Shown here: positions 1 to 8,617 of the stretch, piece by piece
How the letters are laid out: the number at the start of each line of letters is the position of its first letter
Position numbering within the stretch: position 1 is the stretch's first letter
From: Halarchaeum nitratireducens
Lineage (GTDB): Archaea > Halobacteriota > Halobacteria > Halobacteriales > Halobacteriaceae
NCBI RefSeq assembly: GCF_014647155.1
Contig: NZ_BMOQ01000003.1
Coordinates: 284,512-308,511 of the forward strand
Length of the DNA stretch: 24,000 nt
Reading direction: 5' to 3'
Position numbers and translations under genes: made by a program
Notes under the pieces: generated by a model
Told to the model about the DNA's origin: nothing
Database searches by the model: none
What the model saw: only the letters and a program-made list of their open reading frames with translations

Positions 1-1
1 C

Positions 2-901
2 ACGGTCCGCGCCGACCTCGACGCGGCCATCGACGAGGCCGAAGCGGACGTCGAGGCGGCCGCGGACGCCGTGCCGGACGCCGCCTTCGCCTGCTCGCTC
101 GCGCGCTTCGCCATCGCCTACGACCTGACGCGACCCGAGTACACCGAGGACGCGGCGCTCGCGGTCGTCGGCGCGCGAAACCTCGACCTGCTCACCGAGG
201 GCGTCGCGGTCCAGCCCGTGTCGTACGCGCTCGGCGCGCACGACACCGTCGGAGCGGACGGGGCCGGTGCCGACGGCGACGCATCCCAGTACTTCGCCGG
301 ACTGCCGTCCGGCGACCGCGTGAGCGTGCTCACGGGCGCGAACTCCGGCGGGAAGACGACGCTCCTCGAAACCCTCGCGGAGGTGGCGACGCTCGCGTCG
401 CTCGGTCTGCCCGTGCCCGCCGAGCACGCCCTCGTCGGCGACTTCGATCGCCTCGTCTTCCACCGCCGCCACGCGAGTTTCAACGCCGGCGTGCTGGAGA
501 CGACGCTGCGCTCCGTCGTCCCGCCGCTCGCCGCCGAGGGACGAACCCTCATGCTCGTCGACGAGTTCGAGGCGATCACCGAACCCGGGAGCGCCGCCGA
601 CCTCCTGCACGGCCTCGTCTCGCTCACCGCCGAGCGCGACGCCCTCGGCGTCTACGTCACCCACCTCGCGGACGACCTCGACCCGCTCCCCGGCGTCGCG
701 CGGATCGACGGCATCTTCGCCGAGGGGCTCGCGGACGACCTCGCGCTCGAAGTCGACTACCAGCCCCGATTCGGCGTCGTCGGGCGCTCGACGCCGGAGT
801 TCATCGTCGAGCGCCTCGTGGCGAACGCCGACGACGCCGACCGTGAGGCGTTCGGCACCCTCCGCGACGCGCTCGCGGCCGCCGACGACGCCGACGACTA
901 G
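2..901 (+). CDS. MutS-family DNA mismatch repair-like ATPase (C-terminal part; gene begins upstream of window)
   Basis: Frame 2 is open from base 2 (TVRADLDAAIDEAEADV...) into the listed ORF. P-loop TGANSGGKTTLLETLAEVATLASLGLPVPAEHA, MLVDEFEAITEPGSAA (Walker B) and YVTHLADDL match the MutS domain V signature. Confidence 0.88.
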   Translation, partial: TVRADLDAAIDEAEADVEAAADAVPDAAFACSLARFAIAYDLTRPEYTEDAALAVVGARNLDLLTEGVAVQPVSYALGAHDTVGADGAGADGDASQYFAGLPSGDRVSVLTGANSGGKTTLLETLAEVATLASLGLPVPAEHALVGDFDRLVFHRRHASFNAGVLETTLRSVVPPLAAEGRTLMLVDEFEAITEPGSAADLLHGLVSLTAERDALGVYVTHLADDLDPLPGVARIDGIFAEGLADDLALEVDYQPRFGVVGRSTPEFIVERLVANADDADREAFGTLRDALAAADDADD

Positions 902-943
902 CCCGGGCGAGCGCTTACGGTCCGCGCGCCCGACGGGTGTCGC

Positions 944-1927
944 ATGGTCGAAGCCACGTTCCTCGCGCTCGCGGGCGCGCTCTGTCTCTTCTTCCTCGTC
1001 TGTAGCGCGTTCTTCTCGTCCGCCGAGATCGCCGCGTTCTCCCTGCAGTGGCACCGCATCCAGTCGCTCGCCGCCGGCGGCGACCCGCGCGCCGGCGCCC
1101 TCCGCGACCTCCGCGAGGACCCGAACCGACTGCTCGTCACGATCCTCGTCGGCAACAACGTCGTCAACGTCGCCTTCTCGACGGTGATCGCCACGCTCAC
1201 CATCGCGCTCCTCCCCCCGGGCCCCGCGATCGTCGCCGCGACCGTCGTCACGAGCGTGCTCGTCCTCCTCTTCGGCGAGGTCGCCCCGAAGGCCTACGGC
1301 GTCGCGCACGCCGAATCGTGGGCGCTCGCCGTCGCCCGTCCCGTCGCGGTCCTCGAACGCGCGCTCTCGCCCGTCGTCTGGGCGTTCGACGTCGCCTCCG
1401 ACGCTCTCACGTCACTCCTCGGGGCCACGGACGCCGTCCCGCCGTACGTCACCCGCGAGGAGATCCGCGCGCTCCTCGTCACGGGCGCACAACTCGGCGT
1501 CGTCAACGCCGACGAACGCGAGATGGTCCACGCCGTCCTGGACCTCGAACAGACCGCGGTCGAGGAGGTGATGTCGCCCCGCGAGGCCGTCGTCGCCGTC
1601 CCGGCGAGCGCCACCCCCGCGGACGTCCGCGACGCCTGTCTCGCCGCCGACGTCGCCGCCGTCCCCGTCTACGGCGACGACCTCGACGACGTGCGCGGCG
1701 TCGTCTCGCTCGCGGACGCCGAACGCGCCGTCGGTACCGACGCGTCGCTCGACGCGATCACCGCGGCCGTCACCCGCGCCCGCGAGTCGTGGACGGTCGA
1801 CGACCTGCTCACCGAACTCCGGGAGACCGGCGCGTCGCTCGCCGTCGTCACCGACTCGCAGAACCGGACGGTGGGCGTCGTCACGCGCTCTGACGTGGCC
1901 GACGAGGTCGTCTGGCGGGGACGCTGA
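944..1927 (+). CDS. CNNM/DUF21 transmembrane domain plus CBS-pair protein (HlyC/CorC family)
   Basis: N-terminal hydrophobic CNNM-type region (FFLVCSAFFSSAEIAAFSLQWHRI; VGNNVVNVAFSTVIATL; LLFGEVAPKAYG), then EEVMSPREAVVAVPASATPADV...VPVYGDDLDDVRGVV, a CBS pair. Confidence 0.88.
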   Translation: MVEATFLALAGALCLFFLVCSAFFSSAEIAAFSLQWHRIQSLAAGGDPRAGALRDLREDPNRLLVTILVGNNVVNVAFSTVIATLTIALLPPGPAIVAATVVTSVLVLLFGEVAPKAYGVAHAESWALAVARPVAVLERALSPVVWAFDVASDALTSLLGATDAVPPYVTREEIRALLVTGAQLGVVNADEREMVHAVLDLEQTAVEEVMSPREAVVAVPASATPADVRDACLAADVAAVPVYGDDLDDVRGVVSLADAERAVGTDASLDAITAAVTRARESWTVDDLLTELRETGASLAVVTDSQNRTVGVVTRSDVADEVVWRGR

Positions 1928-1994
1928 GACGCGGGCGCGGTCGCTCCTCGACGCGCGAAAAACGGAAAAGCGGGAGAAACTGCGACTCGCGGCG

Positions 1995-2585
1995 TTACTT
2001 CTTACGCTGCGTGCCGCCGCTCTTCGAGGGGCGGGTCTTCTCGGTGCCCTTCCCGCGCTTGCGGAGACCGCGGCCCTTGCGGCCGGCGGAGGTGAGCCCG
2101 CGGAACGCGCGGTTCTCCTGGCTGTTGTTTGCGATCCAACCGAGATCGTCGTCGTTCTGGATCGCGGGGTGCTCCGGGTCGAGGAGGATGACTTCGAACC
2201 ACTTCTGCGAGCCGTCCTCACCCACCCAGTAGGAGTTGAGCACGCGGAGGTTGCGGTACTTCCGGGAGGCGCGCTCCTCGGAGATGCGCTGGAGGTTCTT
2301 CGCGCGACCGATGCGGTTGACGCCCTGGCGCTTCGAGCGACGACCGGCCTTGTGGCGCTGCTGGCGCGCCGTCCCCTTGCGGACGGAGACGCGCGCGACG
2401 ACGACGCCCTGCTTGGCCTTGTAGCCGAGCTCGCGCGCCTTGTCGAGGCGCGTCGGTCGCTCGACGCGCTCGATGGCGCCCTGCTCGCGCCACTCCTGCT
2501 TTCGTTGCCACTGCAGCTCGGCGAGCTTCCCCTCGCCGGGCTGCTTCCACGCGTCCTTGATGTGGGAGTAGAAGCTTCGTGCCAT
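1995..2585 (-). CDS. rpl15e: 50S ribosomal protein L15e
   Basis: MARSFYSHIKDAWKQP...QRHKAGRRSKRQGVNRIGRAKNLQRISEERASRKYRNLRVLNSYWVGEDGSQKWFEVILLDPEHPAI is characteristic of L15e. Confidence 0.97.
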   Translation of the reverse strand: MARSFYSHIKDAWKQPGEGKLAELQWQRKQEWREQGAIERVERPTRLDKARELGYKAKQGVVVARVSVRKGTARQQRHKAGRRSKRQGVNRIGRAKNLQRISEERASRKYRNLRVLNSYWVGEDGSQKWFEVILLDPEHPAIQNDDDLGWIANNSQENRAFRGLTSAGRKGRGLRKRGKGTEKTRPSKSGGTQRKK

Positions 2586-3024
2586 AGTGTGTCCGCGGGC
2601 GCTTGCGATTCAGTGCGCGGTGCGCACCACATTTCGTCCCGTCGCGGCGATGCCGCGGCGGGTGCCCGTCGGGCCCGCGCCGACGAGTTAGTGGCTCTTC
2701 CCCCGTGACGGGGTTAAGGCCTTCGGAAACGGCTGCGAGGACCGAGCGAACGCCGTCCTCGCGACGATGAAACGCAGGGGAAGGAGAGCGTACAGCGAGG
2801 ACCGGGTCGCGGCTGAACGACCCGGGGAGGCCTCCGGGGCCGATCGAGCGTCGATCAGCTCGCGGGCCCCACCACGGCGACGCTACCACGACGCGCCGTC
2901 GTCCATGTGTATGCCACGAACGAGCCTCCATCCGATCCGTCGGGCCACGGGTATATACCGGTTTTTCGAGATCGTGCCGGAGTTCGGTCCGAATCGGACC
3001 CAAATTCGACCGGAATGTCCCGCG

Positions 3025-3933
3025 CTACTCGGGGTACTCCCGCACCGTCTCGAAGTCGTCGGCGGCGACCGCGTCGGCGACGGCCTCGGCGTCCGTCTCG
3101 GGCGTCGGGTTCGGATACTTCCGGCGGAAGTAAGCGACGATGTTGCGGACGTCCCGTCCCAGGAACTCCCGGGCGTTCTCGTGGTCCGTCGGGACGGACT
3201 GGGGCCAATCGAAGAGCAACACGCCGTCCTCGCGGACGAAGACGTTGTACTCGCTGATGTCCGCGTGGACGTACCCCTCGTCGTACGCGTTGGCGATCTC
3301 CCGGAGGATCAGATCGAGGACGCCGACGACCTGCTCGTCTTCGAGTTTCGCGCGGTTGAGCTCGACGCCATCGATCTTCTCCATCACGATCGCGTGGCGG
3401 TTCTGGTCGATCGGACGCGGGACGCTCACGTCCGGGTAGAGGGCGTGGAGCGCCTCGTGCTCGCGCTCGGCGGCCTTCCTCGCGGTGTAAAACCACGAGA
3501 CGTGATCGTTGTCGCTCGTGTAGTCGCGCTCTTTTTGCACCTCGCGGAAGTTCGTGTACCCCTCGCGGTGGAACTTGAGCGCGAGCGGCTTGTACGACTC
3601 CACCTCGAAGACGTCGCTCTCCTTGCCGACGCCGAGGGGCGCGCCGAACCCGGAGACGGTCTCGCGCTCGGCGAAGGCCTTCAGCGCGAGGACGTCGTAC
3701 CCCTCGAAGGTGAGTCGGAACCCCTCGTACTGGATCGTCTGGCGTTCGACCAGCCCGCGGTCTTCCACCCTATCGAGGCGGTAGTCGACCTCCTCGGCGG
3801 TGAGGCGCGCGAAGTCCGGGAGCTTCTCGCGGGCCACCCACTCCGAGAAGCGCATCCCGTGTTCGACGCCCGAGAGGAGGTTGAAATCCTCCTGTTCGAG
3901 CGCCGCGACGTCCTCGGCGACGTTCCGTACCAT
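3025..3933 (-). CDS. rio2: RIO2-type serine/threonine protein kinase
   Basis: N-terminal winged helix then GAPLGVGKESDVFEV, LALKFHREGYTNFREV, YVHADISEYNVFV, LFDWPQSV, the RIO kinase catalytic motifs. TTTTATC TATA-like element upstream near 3957-3963. Confidence 0.95.
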   Translation of the reverse strand: MVRNVAEDVAALEQEDFNLLSGVEHGMRFSEWVAREKLPDFARLTAEEVDYRLDRVEDRGLVERQTIQYEGFRLTFEGYDVLALKAFAERETVSGFGAPLGVGKESDVFEVESYKPLALKFHREGYTNFREVQKERDYTSDNDHVSWFYTARKAAEREHEALHALYPDVSVPRPIDQNRHAIVMEKIDGVELNRAKLEDEQVVGVLDLILREIANAYDEGYVHADISEYNVFVREDGVLLFDWPQSVPTDHENAREFLGRDVRNIVAYFRRKYPNPTPETDAEAVADAVAADDFETVREYPE

Positions 3934-3997
3934 CTCTCCTCGGGTAGGTCGGCACGCGATAAAAGCCCCGCGACACCCCCCGAGACGCCGCCGGTCG

Positions 3998-4759
3998 TCA
4001 GGTCGTCCCGTAGCGTTCGACGTACCGCGAGGTCTGTTCGGCGAGGCGTTCGAGCACGACCCCGTCCGCTTCGTCGAACGCCCCCTCGTCGTCCGCGACG
4101 CAGAGCATCCCGACGCGTTCGCCGCCGGCGATCACCGGCGCGCCCGCGTAACGGCCGAGGTCCGGGGCGACGCGCGCACCCCGATCCGAGACCGCGGCGT
4201 CGTCGACGATCAGCGCACCGTCACCGGTGATGCCGTGCGCGCAGATCGCGCGCCCGCGCTCACGGTCGGGGAGGTCGACGCCCTCGGCGGTGAGGAACGT
4301 CTCGTGGCGCTCGTCGACCAGCCCGATGAACCCCGCGCGGGCGTCGAGGCACTCGCGCGCCGTCGTCGTCATCCCGCCGAGGTGCGCGCGGAGCGTCGGA
4401 TCGTCGAAGTCGCGGGCGCTGAGGGCGCGGAGGCGCGCGCGCTCGCCCGCCGGGACCGGGAAGTCGCGCCACTCCTCCTCGACGGCGCGCCGGAGCGTTC
4501 GGGCGGCCGTGCCGGCGTCGGCGTCCGCGTCGGCCACCACGCAGACCGCGTCGCTCGCGCGGATCAGCCCCGCGAGCGCCTCACTGCGCGCGACGTCCTC
4601 CCCGGCGAGTATCGCGTCCGCGTCCGCCGCCGCTCCCGCGGCGTCGCCGATCCGCCGGTGCGAGACGGTGACGCCGTCGGCGTCCCCCACCCCCGATCCG
4701 GCGTGCTCCGTCGCGTCACCCGTCACGCGGACGACCCTGAGTGCCCCCTCGTCGCTCAC
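3998..4759 (-). CDS. GAF-domain protein
   Basis: C-terminal half GFIGLVDERHETFLTAEG...RGRAICAHGITGDGALIVDDAAVSD...YAGAPVIAGGERVGMLCVADDEGAFDEADGVVLERLAEQ is a classic GAF arrangement. N-terminal ~110 aa unassigned. Confidence 0.85.
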   Translation of the reverse strand: MSDEGALRVVRVTGDATEHAGSGVGDADGVTVSHRRIGDAAGAAADADAILAGEDVARSEALAGLIRASDAVCVVADADADAGTAARTLRRAVEEEWRDFPVPAGERARLRALSARDFDDPTLRAHLGGMTTTARECLDARAGFIGLVDERHETFLTAEGVDLPDRERGRAICAHGITGDGALIVDDAAVSDRGARVAPDLGRYAGAPVIAGGERVGMLCVADDEGAFDEADGVVLERLAEQTSRYVERYGTT

Positions 4760-4869
4760 GACCGAGACTCCGCGAGCGTCGCTTGATAACCTATCGGCCG
4801 TCCCGGCGTACGCCCCCGCGTCAATACCACTAGTTATATTATGACGGGGAATTATTCTCAGAGTACATC

Positions 4870-6018
4870 ATGACGGACGACGAGATCGGAACGACGCACA
4901 TCGGTAGCCTCCCCCGACCGCCCGAACTCCTCGAGCTCCTGACCGCGAAACAGGACGGCGAGGACGTCGACGCCGAGGAGTGGGAGCGCGCGACGACCGA
5001 GGCGACGCACGACGTCGTCCAGCGGCAACTCGACGTCGGCCTCGACTCGATCAACAACGGCGAGCAGCCCCGCGTCTCGTTCAACTGGTACGTCCAGAAC
5101 CGTCTCAGCGGGATCGAGGGAACGCGCGAGACGGAGCTCTGGGCCGACCTCCAGGACTACCCGGAGTACGCGGACGAGACGTTCAAGACGGACGTCATCG
5201 ACCTCTCCGAGCAGCCGGTCGTCACCGGCCCCATCGAGTACACGGGCTACGAGGAGGCCCGAGCGGAGATCCAGGGCTTCCGCGACGCGCTCTCGGACCT
5301 CGACGCGACCGCGGAGGACACCTTCATGACCGCCGCGTCGCCGAGCGTCGTCACCTCGACGCACGTCAACGACTACTACGACGCCTACGACGACTACCTC
5401 GCGGACGTCGCCGACGCGATGCAGGAGGAGTACGAGCTCGTCGCGGACGCGGGCTTCACCCTCCAGATCGACGCCCCCGAGCTGCTCACGGCCGGGCAGA
5501 CCGAGGCCTTCCGGGACGCGTCCATCGAGGACATCAAGAGCGCGACCCGCCGCCACGTCGAGGCGCTCAACGACGCCCTCGAAAACGTCCCCGCAGAGCA
5601 GGTCCGCCTCCACACCTGCTGGGGGAGCTACGAGGGACCGGGCCACCTCGACATCGACCTCGTCGACATGTTGCCGGTCATCTACGAGGCGGACATCACG
5701 GGGCTGAGCGTCGAACAGGCGAACCCGCGTCACCAACACGAGTATCGCGCGTTCGCCGACGAGCCGATCCCGGACGGCTGGACGCTCATTCCCGGCGTCG
5801 TCGACGTGAAGACGAACATCATCGACCACCCGGAGACGATCGCGGACCGTATCGAGCGCGTGGCGAACGCCGCCCCGGACGACACGCCGATCGTCGCCGC
5901 ACCGGACTGCGGGTTCGGCACACAGGCCGGCCTCGGCATGGTCAGCCCCGAGATCGCGTGGGCGAAACTCGAAGCGCTCGTCAAGGGCGCCGAGATCGCC
6001 ACCGAGCGACTCGTCTAG
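4870..6018 (+). CDS. Cobalamin-independent methionine synthase (MetE C-terminal/COG0620) family protein
   Basis: TTHIGSLPRPPEL start, GEQPRVSF, ...LHTCWGSYEGPGHLDIDL (metal ligands), ...IVAAPDCGFGTQAG at C-terminus: MetE/epoxyalkane:CoM transferase-like fold motifs. Confidence 0.88.
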   Translation: MTDDEIGTTHIGSLPRPPELLELLTAKQDGEDVDAEEWERATTEATHDVVQRQLDVGLDSINNGEQPRVSFNWYVQNRLSGIEGTRETELWADLQDYPEYADETFKTDVIDLSEQPVVTGPIEYTGYEEARAEIQGFRDALSDLDATAEDTFMTAASPSVVTSTHVNDYYDAYDDYLADVADAMQEEYELVADAGFTLQIDAPELLTAGQTEAFRDASIEDIKSATRRHVEALNDALENVPAEQVRLHTCWGSYEGPGHLDIDLVDMLPVIYEADITGLSVEQANPRHQHEYRAFADEPIPDGWTLIPGVVDVKTNIIDHPETIADRIERVANAAPDDTPIVAAPDCGFGTQAGLGMVSPEIAWAKLEALVKGAEIATERLV

Positions 6019-6052
6019 ACCGACTCACGAGCCCCTTTCTCCTGCGCGGTCC

Positions 6053-6475
6053 CTACGCGTCGTCGTCCGTGTACTGATCGTAGAGGACGCTCCCGAGGCT
6101 GGTGGCGTCCCGGACTTCGGTCGTGTCGTCGCGCGCCGTGGCCCCGCCGACGACACCCGCGTCCTCCATCTCGCTGACGCGCTGCTCGATCTCGGCCTGC
6201 ACGTCGCTCAACAGCGCGTCCGGGACGTCCGTGACGTCGTCCGGTTCGTCGAGCGACGCCTCGCGGACGACGCGCCACTCCCTGGCCGTCGGGTCGTAGT
6301 CGACGGCGCGCAGGCCGCTCTTCGTGACGAAGACGATCGCGGTGATCAACTGCGTCTCGCGCTCCGGGTAGTGAAAGGCGTTCACGGGGCGAACGTCGAC
6401 GAACCGACCGGAGGCCGAAAGCGCCATCACCTCGTCGTGGGAGAGCGGGCGCGACGGCAGCGACTCGAAAGCCAT
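6053..6475 (-). CDS. Hypothetical protein, haloarchaeal-type acidic
   Basis: ORF listed to 6652, but the internal ATG at 6475 (MAFESLPSRPLSHDEVMAL...) is the likelier start. The upstream 59 aa are basic/serine-rich and overlap the opposite-strand tRNA-binding gene. Confidence 0.7.
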   Translation of the reverse strand: MAFESLPSRPLSHDEVMALSASGRFVDVRPVNAFHYPERETQLITAIVFVTKSGLRAVDYDPTAREWRVVREASLDEPDDVTDVPDALLSDVQAEIEQRVSEMEDAGVVGGATARDDTTEVRDATSLGSVLYDQYTDDDA

Positions 6476-6563
6476 ACGCGCACGTGGGTCTCGACCCTGA
6501 AGCGTCGTTCGAAAACCGGCCGCGACGCGAAGGTTCAAGCCCCGTCGGTCCGCGCCACGAGGC

Positions 6564-6884
6564 ATGAGCAGTCCGCTCGACACGACGGTTCGCGTCGGTG
6601 AGATCCGCGCCGCCGAACGCTTCGAGGAGGCCCGCAAACCAGAGCTGTTCAAACTGGAGATCGACCTCGGCGACGAGATCAGACACTCCGCCGCGCAGCT
6701 CGGCTACAACCACGACCCCGACGCGGTCGTCGGGCGACAGGTGCTCTGCGCGATCGACCTCGGCACCGTGAACATCGCGGGCTTCGAGTCCGACGCGCTC
6801 ACGCTCGGCGTCCCGGACGACGAGGGCCACCCGGTGCTCGTCGCGCCCGACGAAGCCGTGCCGCTCGGCGGCGATCTCTACTGA
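6564..6884 (+). CDS. tRNA-binding domain protein (CsaA-like)
   Basis: VRVGEIRAAERFEEARKPELFKLEIDLGDEIRHSAAQLGY...VVGRQVLCAIDLGTVNIAGFESDALTLGVPD...VLVAPDEAVPLGGDLY matches the OB-fold EMAP/CsaA tRNA-binding pattern. Confidence 0.9.
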   Translation: MSSPLDTTVRVGEIRAAERFEEARKPELFKLEIDLGDEIRHSAAQLGYNHDPDAVVGRQVLCAIDLGTVNIAGFESDALTLGVPDDEGHPVLVAPDEAVPLGGDLY

Positions 6885-6913
6885 CGCGCAGAAGTGCTAT
6901 GGGACGGGGGAGT

Positions 6914-6949
6914 CGCGCGGTCGGTATGAGTCTGAACAGTGACCGCGCG
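6914..6949. terminator. Long stem-loop in convergent intergenic region
   Basis: Perfect 9-bp inverted repeat CGCGCGGTC (6914-6922) / GACCGCGCG (6941-6949) 30 nt downstream of the CsaA-like stop codon. Function is inferred. Confidence 0.35.
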
Positions 6950-7006
6950 GCCGCACCTCACCCGTTCTTTAGGTTCGCCTAAAACAACAAAAGCGTTTCG
7001 GCCACC

Positions 7007-7537
7007 TCACTCGAACCCGAACGTCTCCGTCTCAGCTCCGCCGAGGGCGTCCTCGACGGCCGCCCGGACCTCCGCCAGCGGCGGTTGATCGCGCGCCGGA
7101 TCGATGGGGTGGTCGCCGACCCACCGATAGCGGATCGTCCGGTCCGTTCCGAGGAAGAAGACGGAGCGCTTCGCGCGCCGGAAGAGGCCGAACGTCCGGT
7201 AGTCGACGCCGAACGCCTCGGCGAGGTCGAGGTCCCGGTCGGCGTACAGCGCGAAGCTGAGGTCGAGGTAATCGATGAACCACCGGTGTGTCGCCGCGTG
7301 CGATCGCGAGACGCCGACGACCTGTACGCGCTCGTCGTTTGCGAACCAGCCGTAGTCGCGGAAGGAACACCACTCCGCCATGCAGTCGGGGCTGAAGTCG
7401 TTCGTGTAGAAGGCGAGGATCGTCGGCCGGTCGTCGGTCAGCGACGAGAGCGAGACGTCCGCCGTGCTCCCGTCCGGGCGGACGAGCGGGGCGGTCACGT
7501 CCGGCGCGACGTCACCCACGGCGAGCGGCTGGCTCAT
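7007..7537 (-). CDS. Peroxiredoxin / redoxin (AhpC-TSA/Bcp-like)
   Basis: Real start is the internal ATG at 7537: [33 protein letters not shown]...[26 protein letters not shown]...[30 protein letters not shown]. The 866-aa extension is antisense to endonuclease IV and the methyltransferase. Confidence 0.88.
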   Translation of the reverse strand: MSQPLAVGDVAPDVTAPLVRPDGSTADVSLSSLTDDRPTILAFYTNDFSPDCMAEWCSFRDYGWFANDERVQVVGVSRSHAATHRWFIDYLDLSFALYADRDLDLAEAFGVDYRTFGLFRRAKRSVFFLGTDRTIRYRWVGDHPIDPARDQPPLAEVRAAVEDALGGAETETFGFE

Positions 7538-7627
7538 TGGCCCGACACAGGGCGTCGTCGCCCAAGTGCGTTCCGGCGCTCGGCGGACTCCGAAGCCCCT
7601 TTGCTCGCCGCCCCCCTCCCCACGAGC

Positions 7628-8509
7628 ATGTCTCTCAACGTCGGCGCACACGTCTCCATCGCGGGCTCGAAGACCTCGGGCGATCCCGAATCCCCGCCCG
7701 GTGACGGCATCGAGAACGCCGTCTGGCGCCAGCGGAACGTCGGTGGCACCTGCGGGCAGATCTTCACGCACTCCCCGCAGGTCTGGCAGTCGCCGGACGT
7801 CGACGCCGACGAGGCCGCGGCGTTCCGCACGGCCAGCGAGGAGCACGACGTCGGCCCGTGGGTCGTCCACACCTCCTACCTCGTCAACCTCTGCACGCCC
7901 AAGGAGGACCTCCGCGAGAAGTCCCGCACCGCGATGCAAGAGGAGGTCGACGCCGCCCACGCGCTCGGGATCCCCTACGTGAACGTCCACCTCGGCGCGC
8001 ACACCGGCGCGGGCGTCGAGCGGGGCCTCGAAAACGCCGCCGGCGTCATCGACTCCCTCGACGTCCCCGACGACGTCACGATCCTCATCGAGTCCGACGC
8101 GGGCAGCGGCACGAAGCTCGGCGGCGACTTCGAGCACCTCGCCACCGTCCTCGACCTCGCCGACACGCACCTCGACATCTGCCTCGACACCGCCCACGCC
8201 TTCGCCGCGGGCTACGACCTCTCGACCCCCGAGGGCGTCGAGGCCACCCTCGCCGAACTCGACGACGTCGTCGGCCTCGATCGTCTGCAGTACGTCCACC
8301 TCAACGACTCGAAACACGAGTGTGGCACCAACAAGGACGAACACGCCCACATCGGGGACGGCTACATCGGTGACGACGGCTTCGAGGCGTTCCTGAACCA
8401 CGACGCGATCCGCGACGTCCCGCTCGCCTTGGAGACGCCGACGGAGGACGGACGCTCCTACCCGTGGAACATCGAGCACGTTCGAGAGCTGCGTGACGGC
8501 GACCGGTAG
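7628..8509 (+). CDS. nfo: Deoxyribonuclease IV (endonuclease IV, AP endonuclease)
   Basis: ATG at 7628: [14 protein letters not shown]...[10 protein letters not shown]...[10 protein letters not shown]...[18 protein letters not shown]...[16 protein letters not shown]...[15 protein letters not shown]...[27 protein letters not shown]...[10 protein letters not shown]. All Nfo metal-site motifs present. Confidence 0.96.
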   Translation: MSLNVGAHVSIAGSKTSGDPESPPGDGIENAVWRQRNVGGTCGQIFTHSPQVWQSPDVDADEAAAFRTASEEHDVGPWVVHTSYLVNLCTPKEDLREKSRTAMQEEVDAAHALGIPYVNVHLGAHTGAGVERGLENAAGVIDSLDVPDDVTILIESDAGSGTKLGGDFEHLATVLDLADTHLDICLDTAHAFAAGYDLSTPEGVEATLAELDDVVGLDRLQYVHLNDSKHECGTNKDEHAHIGDGYIGDDGFEAFLNHDAIRDVPLALETPTEDGRSYPWNIEHVRELRDGDR

Positions 8510-8617
8510 AGGGCCGTCGCGACTCGACGAGCGCGCGGTCCGACTCTCCGCCGACTCGGGGAGCGTCCCGTCGTCGAGCAGTAAGCGTTTCTTCCCTCCC
8601 GTACTTACGCCCTCGCA

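Noticed and set aside
2767-4230. 487-aa plus-strand ORF opposite RIO2
   Set aside because: Antisense to the well-supported RIO2 kinase; translation has no domain signature.
4980-6077. 365-aa plus-strand ORF inside the MetE-like gene
   Set aside because: Arg/Gly-rich +1/+2 frame shadow.
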